Source of the DNA: Hormiphora californensis
Taxonomy: Eukaryota > Animalia > Ctenophora
Assembly (NCBI GenBank): GCA_020137815.1
Contig: CM035362.1
Coordinates: forward strand, 6,076,001-6,140,000
Length of the DNA: 64,000 nucleotides
Direction: 5' to 3'
A program made the position numbers and the translations under genes. Below, piece by piece: positions 40,404 to 53,934 of the stretch. The notes under the pieces are model-generated. The model had not been told where the DNA came from and searched no databases. It saw nothing but the letters and a program-made list of their open reading frames with translations. Numbering within the stretch: position 1 is the first letter of the stretch; every line of letters begins with the position of its first letter.

Positions 40404-42297
40404 GAGAGAGAGATCCTGGGACAGCTTGTTACCTCTTCCCAACTATGGTTATGTCTACTGACTCCGACTGTTACACGTGACGTATACGTGTAGGCGGGTG
40501 TAGGAGGTCAAATTAGCCCACTAGTATGACATGTGACACGCAATTTGAGATCTACCAGTCTCAGTCTTTTAAAATCACACAGTATAGATGCAGCACTACT
40601 GAATTACTTCTCTAGCTGTACACACTGTAGACATTCCGACATTTATTGAACATATTGAAAGCGGCGAAGGAGTTATAATAGTGGTCAATTACCTTGAGAA
40701 AAGGAAAGGCGCCCATGATATCAAAGTACTTCCGAATGTCCCTGTTAGTCCTGTACTCTGGCACCAAGTCTGATTTCTGGCAGTTTTTCCACATTGCCTG
40801 ATAGGGATGAAAAGGGGGTTAGTTGGGGGAATTTTGGATATCAAATTCAAATACCAAGATGATTTGGTGACTATGATTATGAAATAGTTACCTGTCGGTA
40901 ATGGAAAAAGCATCCTCTTATCGTCGTTGTTGGCCATACTGAAGTCAAAGCATTTCGAAGACCGCTCTCGTAGTCGCAAATTATAGTTGCTGGGTGAAAT
41001 GGCCCTTGCTCGTCTAGTTTCTGATTGAGAGAGAAAAGAGAGTTAATATAATATGTTAAACAGTACACTCGATTTTATTTTTCTCTCTCCATACAAACAA
41101 TTACAAAATACAAACAAACTACAGACTGTTTACCTCAAAAAGTGTCTCGTACAGATTGGTGGTTTTCCCTGGCAATAATCCGTAAGCAAGTGGGATGTGA
41201 TGTCGGTCCGAGCCTGGCACAGTAAGAAGCCCGTGGATTCCAACCATTTGGTAAAATAATTCTGGCGAAGATGAGAAAGTTCCATCAATTACCCAGTTTT
41301 TGCTCTGTGCAAGGATCTCCATGTTTTTAGGTGTACCCAATAACAACGATCTCCTCGTCATGGTTTGAAATCCAGAATCCCAGAGTAGAAGATTATCTCC
41401 TTGATACGATCTCATGAAAGACTGTGGAATAACAAGACTCTCCAGTGAGGTCGGTTTTGGAGGATGCTGGTTTTCAGCCTGACGAGCTCTGCGGGCCATT
41501 CTAGAGAGGGATGAGAGCTTGGGAAGTTTTGCACGTGCATCATTCTCTAACCCTGACACACTCATTGAAACTGCTTTCCTCGTTGGCGTTTTTGTATTTG
41601 TAACTGTGGCTTTCAACTTCGCCTTTGCTTTATGTGTTGAAATCTCCTGAGGGCGCTCATCATGATTATGGATTGGAAGGTCGCTGTGCAACTTCATTGA
41701 AGTACTAAGATCAACTGTAATCCTCGCTTTACATCCAGCTTGTTTCGGGCTATGGAGGCTGCACCTCATGTACCTCTTGCCGTTGTTCACCTTGTATTCT
41801 AGAAAACGGTGACCACCTAATATTACATTCGTTTTTCCTCTTTTAACACCGGGTACAACTTCAATCTGTGCATTAGATATCACACTGGAGGAAACATTCG
41901 ACCTCGAGGAGGAGGAGGATCCTGGAGACACATCCAGTAGGTCAACCAGGAAGGAGCTACTTATAGAACCCGATTGCAACACTGGGGGTGGTGGAGCAGC
42001 TGGGCCAGGAACAGTAGCAACAGGTGGGCCGGGAACAGTAGCAACAGGTGTGCCGGGAACAGTAGCAACAGGTGGGCCGGGAACAGTAGCAACAGGTGTG
42101 CCGGGAACACTAGCAACAGCTGGGCCGGGAATTACAGTAGCAACAGGTGGGCCGGGAACAGTAGCAACAGCTGGGCCGGGAACACTAGCAGTAGCAACAG
42201 GTGGTGGAGAAGCTGGGCTGGGAATACTAGCAACAGGTGGGCCGGGAACACTAGCAACAGACTCATTCGGGTTTCTGGGAAACAACCAACGAAACAT
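39189..42297 (-). CDS. MULE transposase with FLYWCH-type zinc finger, at least 4 exons
   Basis: Exons ~42297-41134, 41020-40892, 40797-40693, 39614-39189, all phase-0 GT-AG. Motifs YMRC..C.ARI..HNH, WVIDGTF, IICDYE, GCFFH, RTTNHAESWH. Confidence 0.92.
39897..40568. mobile_element. Kolobok-like MITE (TTAA TSD, ~80-bp TIRs starting AAGACTGAG) in a transposase intron
   Basis: ttaa|aagactgag...ctcagtctt|ttaa; internal (CT)n and (GA)n tracts are mutually inverted. Confidence 0.85.
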
Positions 42298-43277
42298 AAC
42301 GTGGCAAATGTGAAAGTGATCAAGTAAGAACTGAACTATCTGTGATATAGCTCGTCACTATCAGGTGCATTTCCCGCTCTTTCCCTCTCTCTCTCTCTCT
42401 CCTGTATGTATCTCACCAGCTCTCCCTCTTTCCCTCTCTCTAGTGATGGCGCCACTTAGTCGCGCAGTGTCCCGCTCTCTCTGTAGTTTGGTGAGTTACA
42501 GTCCGCTTAAGCAGGACAGAAACTCGAAATTCGACATTTATAGCGGACAATAACTCACACGAATTACCCGCTCTTTTTTTTGCCGCCAACTTCTCCATTT
42601 CCTCCGAAATCGAGTTTCTGTCCAAATTTGTGAGTTACAGTCCTTTTTGAGGGCGGACAAAAAGTCGAATTTCGACATTTTTAGCGGACAGAAACTCACC
42701 TTGGCGCCTACAACTCGAACAGGTGAGTTAGTGTCCGCCCGGACTCTAACTCACCGTAAATAGTGCTAAACAGTGGGGCGGACAGAAAGTCACCTGATCC
42801 GGACTATAACTCACCTAAATTCGACATTTTCAAAAGTGAGTTATAGTCCGAAATTTTCGAGTTCGAGTTCGAGTTATCGTCCGTTCGAGTTTCTGTCCGG
42901 TACCCCCGCGCACGACTTTGGGGGGTGAACAGTTGAAAAAAAATGGAGTATACGGGAAATCGCTATCAGGTAAAATGAAGTTCAAACGATTATCTTTCCC
43001 CACTATTGCGTTAGTTTTTTGATTTAGAGCCGTTTTCAGGGTCTTAGAAGCGTTTGAAAAATGTAAGTCTTTTTGTCGCAATGACGTCACCCCGTGACGT
43101 CACTGTTGTAAAGATCGGATCAAAAATCTGAGCCCGTACTTACACCCGCCTTGGTCCAAAGTACCAGTGTAAAAATTTTCAGGGGTCTAGCTCAAAAACT
43201 GTAGGAGGAGTAGGGAGAAAACAATTATCGGACTAACATTTTGGAATTTATTATATGGATTTTCGAATTTGAATAAT

Positions 43278-44302
43278 TCATAAATATGCGAATAACGACT
43301 AAACGGTGAGAGATATGACTTTTTGTCACGGGGACGACCCCCCATAAATCGACTATTCTGCGCCGGAATATGTCCATGAAAACGTTCTTGGACCAGCCGA
43401 ACTGGAAATATTCAGAATATGCATTAAATCATGAATCGGTGCATAATTATGCAAATAACGGCTAAACGGTGCGAGATACGACTTTTTGTCCGGGGGACGA
43501 CCCCCCATAAATCGACTATTTTGCGTCGAAATATGTCCATAAAAACGTTCTAGGACCAGCTGAAGTGAAAATATTGAAAATATGCATAAAATCGTGAATA
43601 GGTGCATAAATATGCAAATTACGGCTTAACGGTGCGAGATAGAGATTTTTTTCCCGAGTAAGACCCCCCATAAATCGACCATTTCGCGTCGACTAAGACC
43701 GGTTTCAAGTCTTTATGACCTTCGAGTCGTCTTATATCGCAACCATGGTTAAAATGAATATTTAATGACTAATTAATGAATAATTAATGAACTATGGCGA
43801 TTTCGAAGTTCTCACACAGCTATTACCGAGCGCAATGATGTAAGGAACCACTGTTCCAAACGGCAAGTCTCTACTATTTGTGGTTTAGGAGAACACTCAA
43901 AGATAAAAAAGCGTCCTCCTCCCCTCCCCTCCCCTCCCCTCCCCCTCCTTACATTTTTGCATTTTGGGACCCCTCTGACAAATTTTTACCTTACATCCGA
44001 TCGTTCTGAAAATTTGCATGCCTCTTCTCCTATATGAGGGCCCTCAGAGTACAAAATTTCAGCTCTCTACTTCATCTGGAACATGCTCTTTTAAAGCATC
44101 AAAAACCTCGAAATCTGCAATGGTATATAGTAGCACTGGCAGGTTTTCGCGTGCTTGTGTGTAGAAGTGTTGCGTGTGCTCTCTCTTTTGTTTTTTGAGT
44201 TAGAGGGTATTTCTAAGGTGGGGGCTCTGCCCCCACACCCCCGTTAATGGTGGGGGCTGCGCCCCCACACCCCCTTTTGGGCCCGGGGCACTTGCCAGTG
44301 CT
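43278..44302. repeat. Unclassified repeat: ~163-bp unit x2.6 (43278-43695), ending in a short inverted repeat tagcactggca...tgccagtgcta with GC hairpins
   Basis: Units start at 43278, 43441 and 43604; inverted repeat at 44131 and 44292. Confidence 0.6.
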
Positions 44303-44337
44303 ATGATAAACTACTTACCGGCCTTTGAATGATAGGT

Positions 44338-44853
44338 ATGATACGTCTCCTTCTCTTCACAGCTGCATTATGGGGAACTGCTGCAGCTGTTCTTACAGGT
44401 TATAGTCAGTCTCATATTCAACTAGCAGGCCGCCCGGCACAGTAGGGTGATTCGCTAGTTCGCTATACCATATACATCCCGCTGGGATTTATTATGGCGG
44501 GTATTTATACTGTTGATGTGTTTCAGACTGGATAGCTGTACAGCGGGTTGTGAGTATACCCTGGGACCTGGAGGCAACTCCTCTCCAGATAAAGACGGAC
44601 TCTGCACTGGGCAGTGAGAAGAGGATCTATGTGAGGATGTACGACAAGGACAGCAGCTATATCGATTATGTGAATGTGATTGTGAAGTTCTCCTCCCCAA
44701 TGCAGTATCAGATAGGCTACTGTACCACCACCTGGACAGACCTGCCAGTGCAACCCCCGGTGGAGGTGGATAAGATCTGGACTATCACCAAAACCGAGAC
44801 CACCCTCATCATCACATGTAACAATGTGGAGGTGCTGAACTACCTGTTCACGG
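44338..44853 (+). pseudogene. Secreted 'WDLEATPL'-domain gene, copy 1, truncated in exon 2 by the LTR element
   Basis: Exon 44338-44398 MIRLLLFTAALWGTAAAVLT; exon 2 from 44527 matches copy 2 up to VLNYLFT, then switches to LTR sequence. Confidence 0.8.
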
Positions 44854-47800
44854 TGTCACGTTAATGAGATTGAACTCTAGATTAAAAATTAGGGCCAGCC
44901 TTGCGGAAACTTCAAATTGATCATTATGATTTTAATGGAGATTTCTGCCTAGCTGGAGTCATTGTGAGATTGTAGGTGTGTCTGTGAGAGTGAGAGTGTG
45001 AGTTTATTGGCCGTACGTTAGAGAGCAAGTGAAAGTGTGTCTTCTATATTTTATAGGTTATGATTTTGGTGCCGCCATCTTGACGATCCTTATTTTATCA
45101 ACCGAAGATTAATAAGAGAGTGAGTGAGCGATTGAAAGTGAGAAAGTGAATGAGAACGTGAGCGCAGGAGCAAGAGTGAGAGCGAGATCGAGAGAACCTG
45201 TGAGCGAGAGAGAGAAACCTTTATCTTTGCCGCACTGCCCTGTAAAATACTGGAATATTATTATTGGTTGACCACGTGCTCCCTGCGTGAGATTAAACGG
45301 TGTCTTTATAAACCTGATTTTTATTGAAGAGAAAAAGAAGACTGACTGAAAATAAACTCAACCGTTTTGTAATGTGATCTTCTCTATACTAAACTTCTTG
45401 AAACCGGAAAACAACTGTGTTTTGATTTGGATCCAGTTTCGGAAACCCGGTGTGAGGATTGAGAAATGGTTACACGTTCCTGATGTCATGATGGTGTTTG
45501 CCAGGCCCCCACATAATGGCGACCCCGAAGGGACAGTTGAACTAGAGGAGGAGGAGAAACGTGTGCCAGTCAAGGAGAAAATCTGTACCCCTGCACCACC
45601 TGATGAGGATGGAGATGAGGAGCAGATATGGTGGTTCCAGATGATGTTCTCTGATGATCTCTGATGGTTGTTCCTGACGATGTTGTCTGATGGTCTCTGA
45701 TGGTGGTTACTGATGACGTTTTCTAATGGTCTTTTCTGATGGATTCTGATGATGGTCACTTTGTGGATTCAAACTGTGGAATCGTTGGTAGAGGAGGATC
45801 TTTCTTCAAAAACGGTGAAGTAGACGAACAGACTCTGACCAAGACCAAGACGAGAACTGATGAAGACTACCATGGCAATTCTGATTTGACAGACTCGGTA
45901 GTTAGCCTTTTCACTAACCCCTGCCCCGCTCTAGAACTTCTAACACCTTCGATTGGAGCTTTTGGTGGAGACTCAGCAAACAGTGAGGATGGCTTGGAGT
46001 TCAGTTCACATTGATGGAAACTTTGGTTGATAATCGAGTGATAATCTAGTGATAAACTGATATTCCTAGTACCGCGGATGGTGATGATGAGGACTACTCG
46101 GCCGTTTCTGATTCCAGTATTGACGAGAACTTTTCCTTCTGCGAACCTTATAATGCATCGATAGCACACTGTTAACGAGGTATTGATTTTAAAATGAACT
46201 CTAAGGGACAATGCAAAAGTGGGGTAGTATGGACTTAAACGGATTATACCCCGGTAGTGTGAATTGCCCAGTTTTTATATACTTACAGGGAAGTTGTAAC
46301 AGTTGAAGCAGTGCAGTGCGGTAGAGCTATAGTGAGTGTGTTGTCACGTTGTGTGGTGTGAGTGAGTAGTGAGCAGTGGTCATGATATGCAGCCTGTGAG
46401 TGAGTGAGAAAGAAGTCATTTGTATAGTCATAGTCTTAGTTTTGTTCACAGCTTTGCACTTAGTATCGTGTCCATCGCTATACTGTCCTTCGTTTCTTTA
46501 TCTGCATCATGTAATTAGCTCGGTTTAGATCAACTTGTCTAGTCATTCTTTTCCGACTTATTGCTTGGCTGCGTGATGTTCGCGTTCGATGTGTACCCTA
46601 TCACGATGTGAGTTCAATGTCACGAGTGAGTTCAATGTCTGTCTGCTAGTGTAAGTGTGTGTCGTGTGAGTTCATTAGTTCAACCGTGCGAAGTGTGAGC
46701 GACATGTGAGATATGTGTGAGTGAAGTAGTTGCTCTCAGCTCTGCCTTGAGTGTTCTGAGTGAGCAAGTCATCTGTCATAATGTGTGATGTGTGATTTCA
46801 GTGGGACAACAAAGTTGAAGTGCTAGTAGTTCATAGTGAGATGTGAGATTGTGAGATGCGGATCTCGGCATGTGTGGCGCAAGCTGGTGATTGTCGGGCT
46901 TGCAGTTTACTCTCCCAGTCCCTGATCCGTTGTACCTACACGATGAAGATATCCGGTCCCTGCATTGCATCTGTTGTTCATGTAAGATTTGCAGTTGTGT
47001 GTGTTTGTGCGAGTTTCATTCATTTGAAAAGCGTGTGTGCCGTGAGTTGTGAGCCCCGTGTGAGTGAAGTAATCTCTGATACTAGCTTTGTGAAATTATG
47101 TGAGTATGTGAGTTGAAGTAGTCATCATGTGTGATAGTGTGTGGCACCGTGTGATGTATTTGGCTGTGTGTGAACTGTGAATTCTTGTGTGTCATAAGGC
47201 GGCGATTATACATTTGTTTGTTTGTTCAATTCGTGTCAGTTGTGAGTGTTCCTGTCAGTTTTAAGTCTGTCGTCTGAGTTGTAAGTTAGAGTTTCGTTGT
47301 AGTTATCTAAGGAACAGTTCATACAGTGTTGGTTTAGTATCCAGACTTGACCCCTTTACCAGCGTGATTAGGCTTGTAGTGGTCCCACGATGTATGCAAA
47401 CATGAGAGTGTTGTGAGATCGGTGCGTTGTGTGCATTGCAGCTGTTGGTCAAGGTACTCGATATACAGCGGGTCCACGGCCAGGTTCACGGTGCGACTGT
47501 ACGTGGTATCTTGACCTCCAGGAAGTGTGTTTTGTGCGCCGCCCGTTTCTCACCCTCCCCTGTTTGTAGCCTAGTGGTATCCCTGTCTTTATTACCCTCA
47601 GTATGTTTCACTGCTTTGTAGACCTTATTCCAGTCCAGTGTCAGTCAGTTTTAGTCATTTGCAGCAGTGAGACTTGAGAGTGTGTGAGATTAAGTGCGGG
47701 AAGGACTGATCAACCGGTTTTCAATGTGTTCGACCTACGTTCCGGGTTCATGTCTGGAATGGACGTGCTTGTGCGTGACGTCGTGATGTATTGACTAGTG

Positions 47801-50678
47801 GAGAGTTGTTTCGTTTCGTTGTTCTGCCTTGTTCTCACCTCTCTCTTTCGTCAGTGAGTTTACTATGTGTCATGTTTCCCCTGTCCCTTGTCACCACTGG
47901 TAAGCTTCACGTTTTGTCCCACGTAAACCTGTTATACACTCTCGAGATCTGTGTATGGTTGTGCGCGAGTGGAAGACGCAGTTTCAGCTTTGTCGAACTT
48001 TGATAAGTTTCATGTATTTCAATACAGTATTCGATCGGGTTCGTTGAGTTATAACACGTCTGTATAACTGTACGTCATAGTATGATATTGCTGGTGTTGG
48101 TTGGTAAGTTCTAGTTTTCTGTATGTCTTTTCAGTCAAAGAGGTGCGATGTCTAACTGTCATATTCTGTTTATGTTTGGTCCAGGTTGTCTTGTTCTGTT
48201 TTATGGAGTATGTGTCGAGTAAGTTTCTGTCTGTAAGTAGCGTAATGTGAATCTGCTTATCGTGTGGCGTGAACGATTCTATGACTTGAGTATTGAGTTG
48301 TGAAGTTTGAACGAGTACTAAAGTTATGAATTATGTCAGGTCATGAATAAGGATTATATGTTGTGTTCAGTTTTATGTTAGAGTTTATGTGGTCCTTGTG
48401 TTTGTGCGTTTAAGTTTGAGTAGTTTGAGTTCAAGCGTTCTGAGGCAAGTTATTCTGAGTTTCAGGTGTTTGAGTTTATGTTTAGAGCCGGTTGTTAAGT
48501 TTTAGGTTATATCTGCAGATTGTCTACATGGTATACCATTGTCTTCCAGTACTGGATTGTCCTGTCGACCCGGGTCCTGTCCTCCTGTCTTGTGTTTTAG
48601 GCGCCTATTATGTTTCTTCACCTTTTCTGTGCATGTGCATTGTGCATGGTTGAGAGGTCCGGAGTTTTCCTGCGTTTGGTAAGGTTTGTGTATCTTTCCG
48701 TACGTGTATTGAGCCACCCGTGCTGATTGATGTTTGAACCTTGGCTCAAACCATTCGCCTTACAGGAGTATACCGGGTTCACTCAGCATTCTCTCTTCTT
48801 TCCTATTTCTACGTGTTCTGTTAGTACTGAGATGTTGTCTAGCGATTTCAAATTCATGGTCCCTAGTAAATTCAGATCAGTGCTAGTTGTCACGCTTCTC
48901 TTTACAGGAGGGCTTGTTATTGTTTCTTGTTTAGTTGTCTACATGTTGTTTCTGTATGTTGTACATATACTGTCCCCATTTCATGTCTATGTTTGTCAGG
49001 TTCTTTGTCATATCATTTCTTTGTGTTCCGTCAGCATGTTTGGTGCAAGTTGGTGGTTAGCGGGCTTGCAGTACCTCGGAGTCTGAATGCAAAGCCAATG
49101 TGGTTGAGTATTTGAGCTGTGCGATAAATGTACTGTGAGATAACTGTGCACTCTAGAGCACCATATAGAGTTCATAGTTAGAGCTTGTTCTCCCGGTGTC
49201 TTCCCCCTTGTACTGAGTATCTGGTTGTGCATTATAATGTGTTTAGTGTTTACTGTTGTTTGGTGTGATATTTTCTGTGTGTTCAGTGTGTTCAGTGCGT
49301 TCAGTGTGATCAGTGGATGTGTGTTCAGTGAGTGTGATAAGCGAGTTCTGTGAGTTCAGTGAGTTTCATAAGTGAGCGTGATAAAAGAGACCATGTCATG
49401 TGAGATATCAATACTTTACTCAGTAAGTCACAGTTTCTAGTCATATTGTAGTCATATCATAGTCATGTTGTGGTTATTATAGTTTGTCTTTGATCATGAT
49501 GATGTGATAGTTCTAACCACGGATGTATCGCCACTTGTCCATTTCCTAAGTGAGAAGAAGTCGTTAAGACTCTGAATCTGAAGATCTGGTGGTCAGAAAT
49601 ACACCATACAGTTCTGTGCCATTATGTCTGTCCATTCAGATAGTTGTCTGTGTTTGACAAGGTCACTACTCCGTTTTCAGAGGGGACCAGAGGGCGACTC
49701 TTACCCCAAAGAAGGGGTGTATGTGCACTTGTGGTGCTTGTCAAAAGCAGCCTTCTCATCTGTATGATCGTGTGTTTGTTCGTTTGTCATGTCGTTTGTT
49801 TGTTCGTCTGTCAGATTGTCTGTTTGTTGTCAGTCCCGTTGTCTGTGCCAATGTTTGTCATGTCTGTGTCAGATTATGTTAGTGGTTGCTGTATGGTTTA
49901 GTGGTTGTGAGCTACTCATATTGTCATCGGTCACTATCATTTGTCTTTATTTATTAGGGATGAATATTCATTTCACTCCTGTGTCTTCAGTCTCTAGTCT
50001 TCATTCATAGAATTCATATGTTTATTTAATGAGATTGAACTCTAGATTAAAAATTAGGGCCAGCCTTGCGGAAACTTCAAATTGATCATTATGATTTTAA
50101 TGGAGATTTCTGCCTAGCTGGAGTCATTGTGAGATTGTAGGTGTGTCTGTGAGAGTGAGAGTGTGAGTTTATTGGCCGTACGTTAGAGAGCAAGTGAAAG
50201 TGTGTCTTCTATATTTTATAGGTTATGATTTATGGTGCCGCCATCTTGACGATCCTTATTTTATCAACCGAAGATTAATAGAAGAGAGTGAGTGAGCGAT
50301 TGAAAGTGAGAAAGTGAATGAGAACTTGAGCGCAGGAGCAAGAGTGAGAGCGAGATCGAGAGAACCTGTGAGCGAGAGAGAGAAACCTTTATCTTTGCCG
50401 CACTGCCCTGTAAAATACTGGAATATTATTATTGGTTGACCACGTGCTCCCTGCGTGAGATTAAACGGTGTCTTTATAAACCTGATTTTTATTGAAGAAA
50501 AAAGAAGACTGACTGAAATAAACTCACCGTTTTGTAATGTGATCTTCTCTATACTAAACTTCTTGAAACCGGAAAACAGCTGTGTTTTGATTTGGATCCA
50601 GTTTCGGAAACCCGGTGTGAGGATTGAGAAATGGTTACACGTTCCTGATGTCATGATGGTGTTTGCCAGGCCCCCACA
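44854..50678 (+). mobile_element. LTR retrotransposon: ~660-bp LTRs (44854-45513, ~50019-50678), PBS at 45517-45534; interior unreadable
   Basis: TG...CA direct repeats; tggcgaccccgaagggac resembles the complement of a tRNA-Arg 3' end. No TSD match; no gag/pol motifs recoverable. Confidence 0.75.
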
Positions 50679-51054
50679 CCTCTCCCACTCCCCCAGAGTT
50701 CACTTTAAACAGGGGGGGCAATCTCTGTGATTGAATCCAGTTTACATCCTTTCCAACAAAACATGTCTCCCCCTCTCGACCCCCTCTTGTAATTATAATA
50801 TATACTTTGAAAAATGTTCAAAAAAATTTCACAAAAAAATTCAAAAAATTTTTGGGGAAAAAAATCCTGCCCCTAAATCGGGGTGCCACTAAACGGGGTC
50901 CGACTGTTATACCTTCACCCGGTTATTTAGTTAGTTGTTAATTTGGTAATTGATGTTGAACATATTGTTAGTTGATAATTAGTCGATAATTAGTTGATAA
51001 TCTGTTACGGATAAGTAATTAATATAACTACTTACCGGCCTTTGAATGATAGGT

Positions 51055-52656
51055 ATGATGCGTCTCCTTCTCTTCACAGCTACATTGTGGGGAACTGCAG
51101 CGTGTTCTTACAGGTTATAGTCAGTCTCATACTCAATTAGCGGGCTGCCCGCTCAGTAGGGTGATTATTATGGCGGGTATTTATATTGTTGACGTGTTTC
51201 AGACTGGACAGTTGTAGAGCGGAATGATGTTCTAATACCCTGGGACCTGGAGGCAACACCTCTCCAGATAAAGACGGGCTCTGCACTGGGCAGTGATGTG
51301 AAGATCATTGTGAACATGTACGACAAGGACAGCAGCTTTATCAGTTATGTGGGTGTGAGGTTGTCCTCTCCAGTGCAGTATTATATAGGCTACTGCACCA
51401 GCTACACAGACCTGCCAGTGCAACCCCCGGTTGAGGTGCATAAGATCTGGACTATCACCAAAACTGATACCGCCTGGATCATCACATGTAACAATGTTGA
51501 GGTGCTGAACTACCTGTTCACAGATAGTTCACTTGGCTACTGTGTTACAAATTGGGGTGGTGATGTTGTGACAAAGATCATGTTTTACAGTAGTGACAAG
51601 GCATCTGACTTCTACAGAGCAGGTAAGGGTCTCAATTTGATTAATACCACTTTTAGCGTAACTGCACAACATGGGCCATGGGGTTGGATTGGATCAAATG
51701 AGTTGGTGTTTGATTTGTTGGGCAAAGAATCCTACAAAAATTGGGTACCCCAAGCCTGATATTGATCCATTATGATAACTGAGCACCAATGTGTAACTCT
51801 CCAATCCCCGCTGCAATAGAACTCACGCCTTGATCAATTTCCATTTAGCACCAGAGTGTCCTGCATTTTCTGTTGAAGGATCAACACAAGGAAACTGGGC
51901 TGCTTCATTAACAGGGGAAACTGTAACCATCGAGTGTGCTGCCAACCATATCCTTGTTGGAAGTGCAATGCTGACTTGTCAGCAGGACGGATCATGGTCA
52001 AGTGACGTACCACAGTGCAGTAAGTATACTGTATTTGAAATTTTTTTCTTCATGACCAGCACATACATTTGGTGACATTGACATCTAGTGCGTGCGAGAT
52101 CGAGGTCGCACACATGTGTGTGAGCTCAATCTTGGTCGCGCACGGTGTCTAAACTGTCTATGTCACCAACACATACATGGGAATTGCCCACAATTTTTTG
52201 TAAATAATATTTAAACCGAACACGGTGAGAGGGTCGGCTACACGAAAAACCTAATAACCGTCTTAACGTGTTATTAGCAGCTCAATGCGCCACCCTGTAT
52301 CCCCGATTGATTGATTGAATGAATGAATGATTGAATGATTGAATGGTTGAATGAATGATTGATTGATTGATTGAATGAATGATCCATTATGATAACTAAG
52401 CAACAATGTGAGTAACAATGTGTAATTCTCCAATCCCCGCTACAATCGAACTCACGCCTTGATCAATGATCTTTCCATTTAGCACCAGAGTGTGCTGCAT
52501 TTTCTATTGAAGGATCAACACAAGAAAGCTGGACTGCCTCACCAATAGGGACAACTGTAACCATCGAGTGTGCTGCCAACCATAACCTTGTTGGAAGTGC
52601 AATACTAACTTGTCAGGAAGATGGATCGTGGTCAAATGATGTACCACAGTGCATTG
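51055..52656 (+). CDS. Secreted 'WDLEATPL'-domain + 2 Sushi/CCP gene, copy 2 (apparent 1-nt frameshift in exon 1; 3' end not found)
   Basis: Exons 51055-51113, 51203-51622, 51849-52019, 52483-52656; Sushi pattern C...GETVTIEC...LVGSAMLTC..DGSWS...PQC. Confidence 0.75.
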
Positions 52657-53519
52657 GTAAGTATAATGCATTTGAAATTTATGTTTTTGCATGACCAGCA
52701 CATGGGAATTACCCACAATTTTTTGTAAATAATATTTAAACCGAACACGGTGAGAGGGTCGGCTGCACGAAAGACCTAATAACCGTCTTAACGTGTTATT
52801 AGCAGCTCGATGCACCACCCTGTATCCCCGATTGATTGATTGAATGAATGACTGATTGATTGATTAACCTGTTGAGGGAATTATGGGTTGAGGTTAGTAA
52901 GAATTTATTTCATTAACTAAATACTTAGATATCAATGTTAAATGTTTAAACATGTTCAACTGCTTACACACATGTTACACACATGTTACACACCTGGAAC
53001 ATCAAAATGGGAAATCCTGAACAGTTCCCACACACCTCCAATAGGTGGGTAGCAGTGAGTATCACGATGATTCAATCTTGTTGACTTTGTTTCAATTTTC
53101 CAATGATCTCGAAACTTATTGTGATGAGTGAGGGCATTCACCATGCAGTACATTTTGCCGGGGCTGTACAGATCTTGAGAAAAACCGGGTTTTGGGATCA
53201 ATCTGATATTGGTCCTTAACTTTGTTTATGTCATCTTCTGGCCCAGCCCCAATTAGTGTTTGCATCGGTGGGTGTAAACTACATCTCGGGTCCCAATGCC
53301 TGAGCACAATACTAAAACCCGAAACCCATTAAATGGAATTCTAACCCCATCCATTTGTTCACAGCTTTTTGATCAAAACAGAGCTCTTCATGTTAGCTCT
53401 TTGAAAGTTGTACAATCCAAGGTGAGATTTATTGCAAAAAAATTAACAAGTTTTTTATGCAGAAGCATTCATAATAGTACATATATGTTTTTATTTCAGA
53501 GTCTTTTGTAAATTATGGT

Positions 53520-53880
53520 TTCTCCAATCTCCAACTAATCTTCAACAAATCCCCAACCAATCTCCAACCAATCTCCAACCAATCTCCAACCAATTTCCAA
53601 CCAATCTCCAACCAATCTCCAACCAATCTCCAACCAATCTCCACCTCAACCAATATCCAATATCCAAACCAATCTCCAACCAATCTCATCTCAACATCTC
53701 CACCCATCCCAACCAATCTCCAACCAATCTCCAACCATACCCCCAATCCACAACCAATCTCAACTCTCCAACAATCTCCAACCAATATCCAACCAATCTC
53801 CAAACAATCTCCAACTAATCTCCAACTAATCTGATCATACCAATCTCCAACTAATCTCCAACCAATCTCCAGCCAATCTA
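53520..53880. repeat. 11-bp satellite (aaccaatctcc)n
   Basis: Read directly; gives the LEIGWRLVGD ORF. Confidence 0.9.
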
Positions 53881-53934
53881 AAACTGTAGGACACACGTGT
53901 TAGGTTCCTCGTGTTCCTACATTATTTCTCTCTC

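Larger units (their letters stand above)
38570..42942 (-). mobile_element. Mutator-like (MULE) transposon with long subrepeat-rich inverted ends
   Basis: Inverted match ttcaactgttcaccc..cgtgcgcg at both ends; ggacagwaactc subrepeats at 38685-39000 and 42490-42905; transposase inside. Exact termini and TSD not determined. Confidence 0.8.

Noticed and set aside
46200-50018. TG-rich LTR interior and its short ORFs
   Set aside because: No gag/pol motifs; composition resembles base-calling noise.
52986-53511. Unique-looking segment with short minus-strand ORFs
   Set aside because: No recognisable motif or splice structure.
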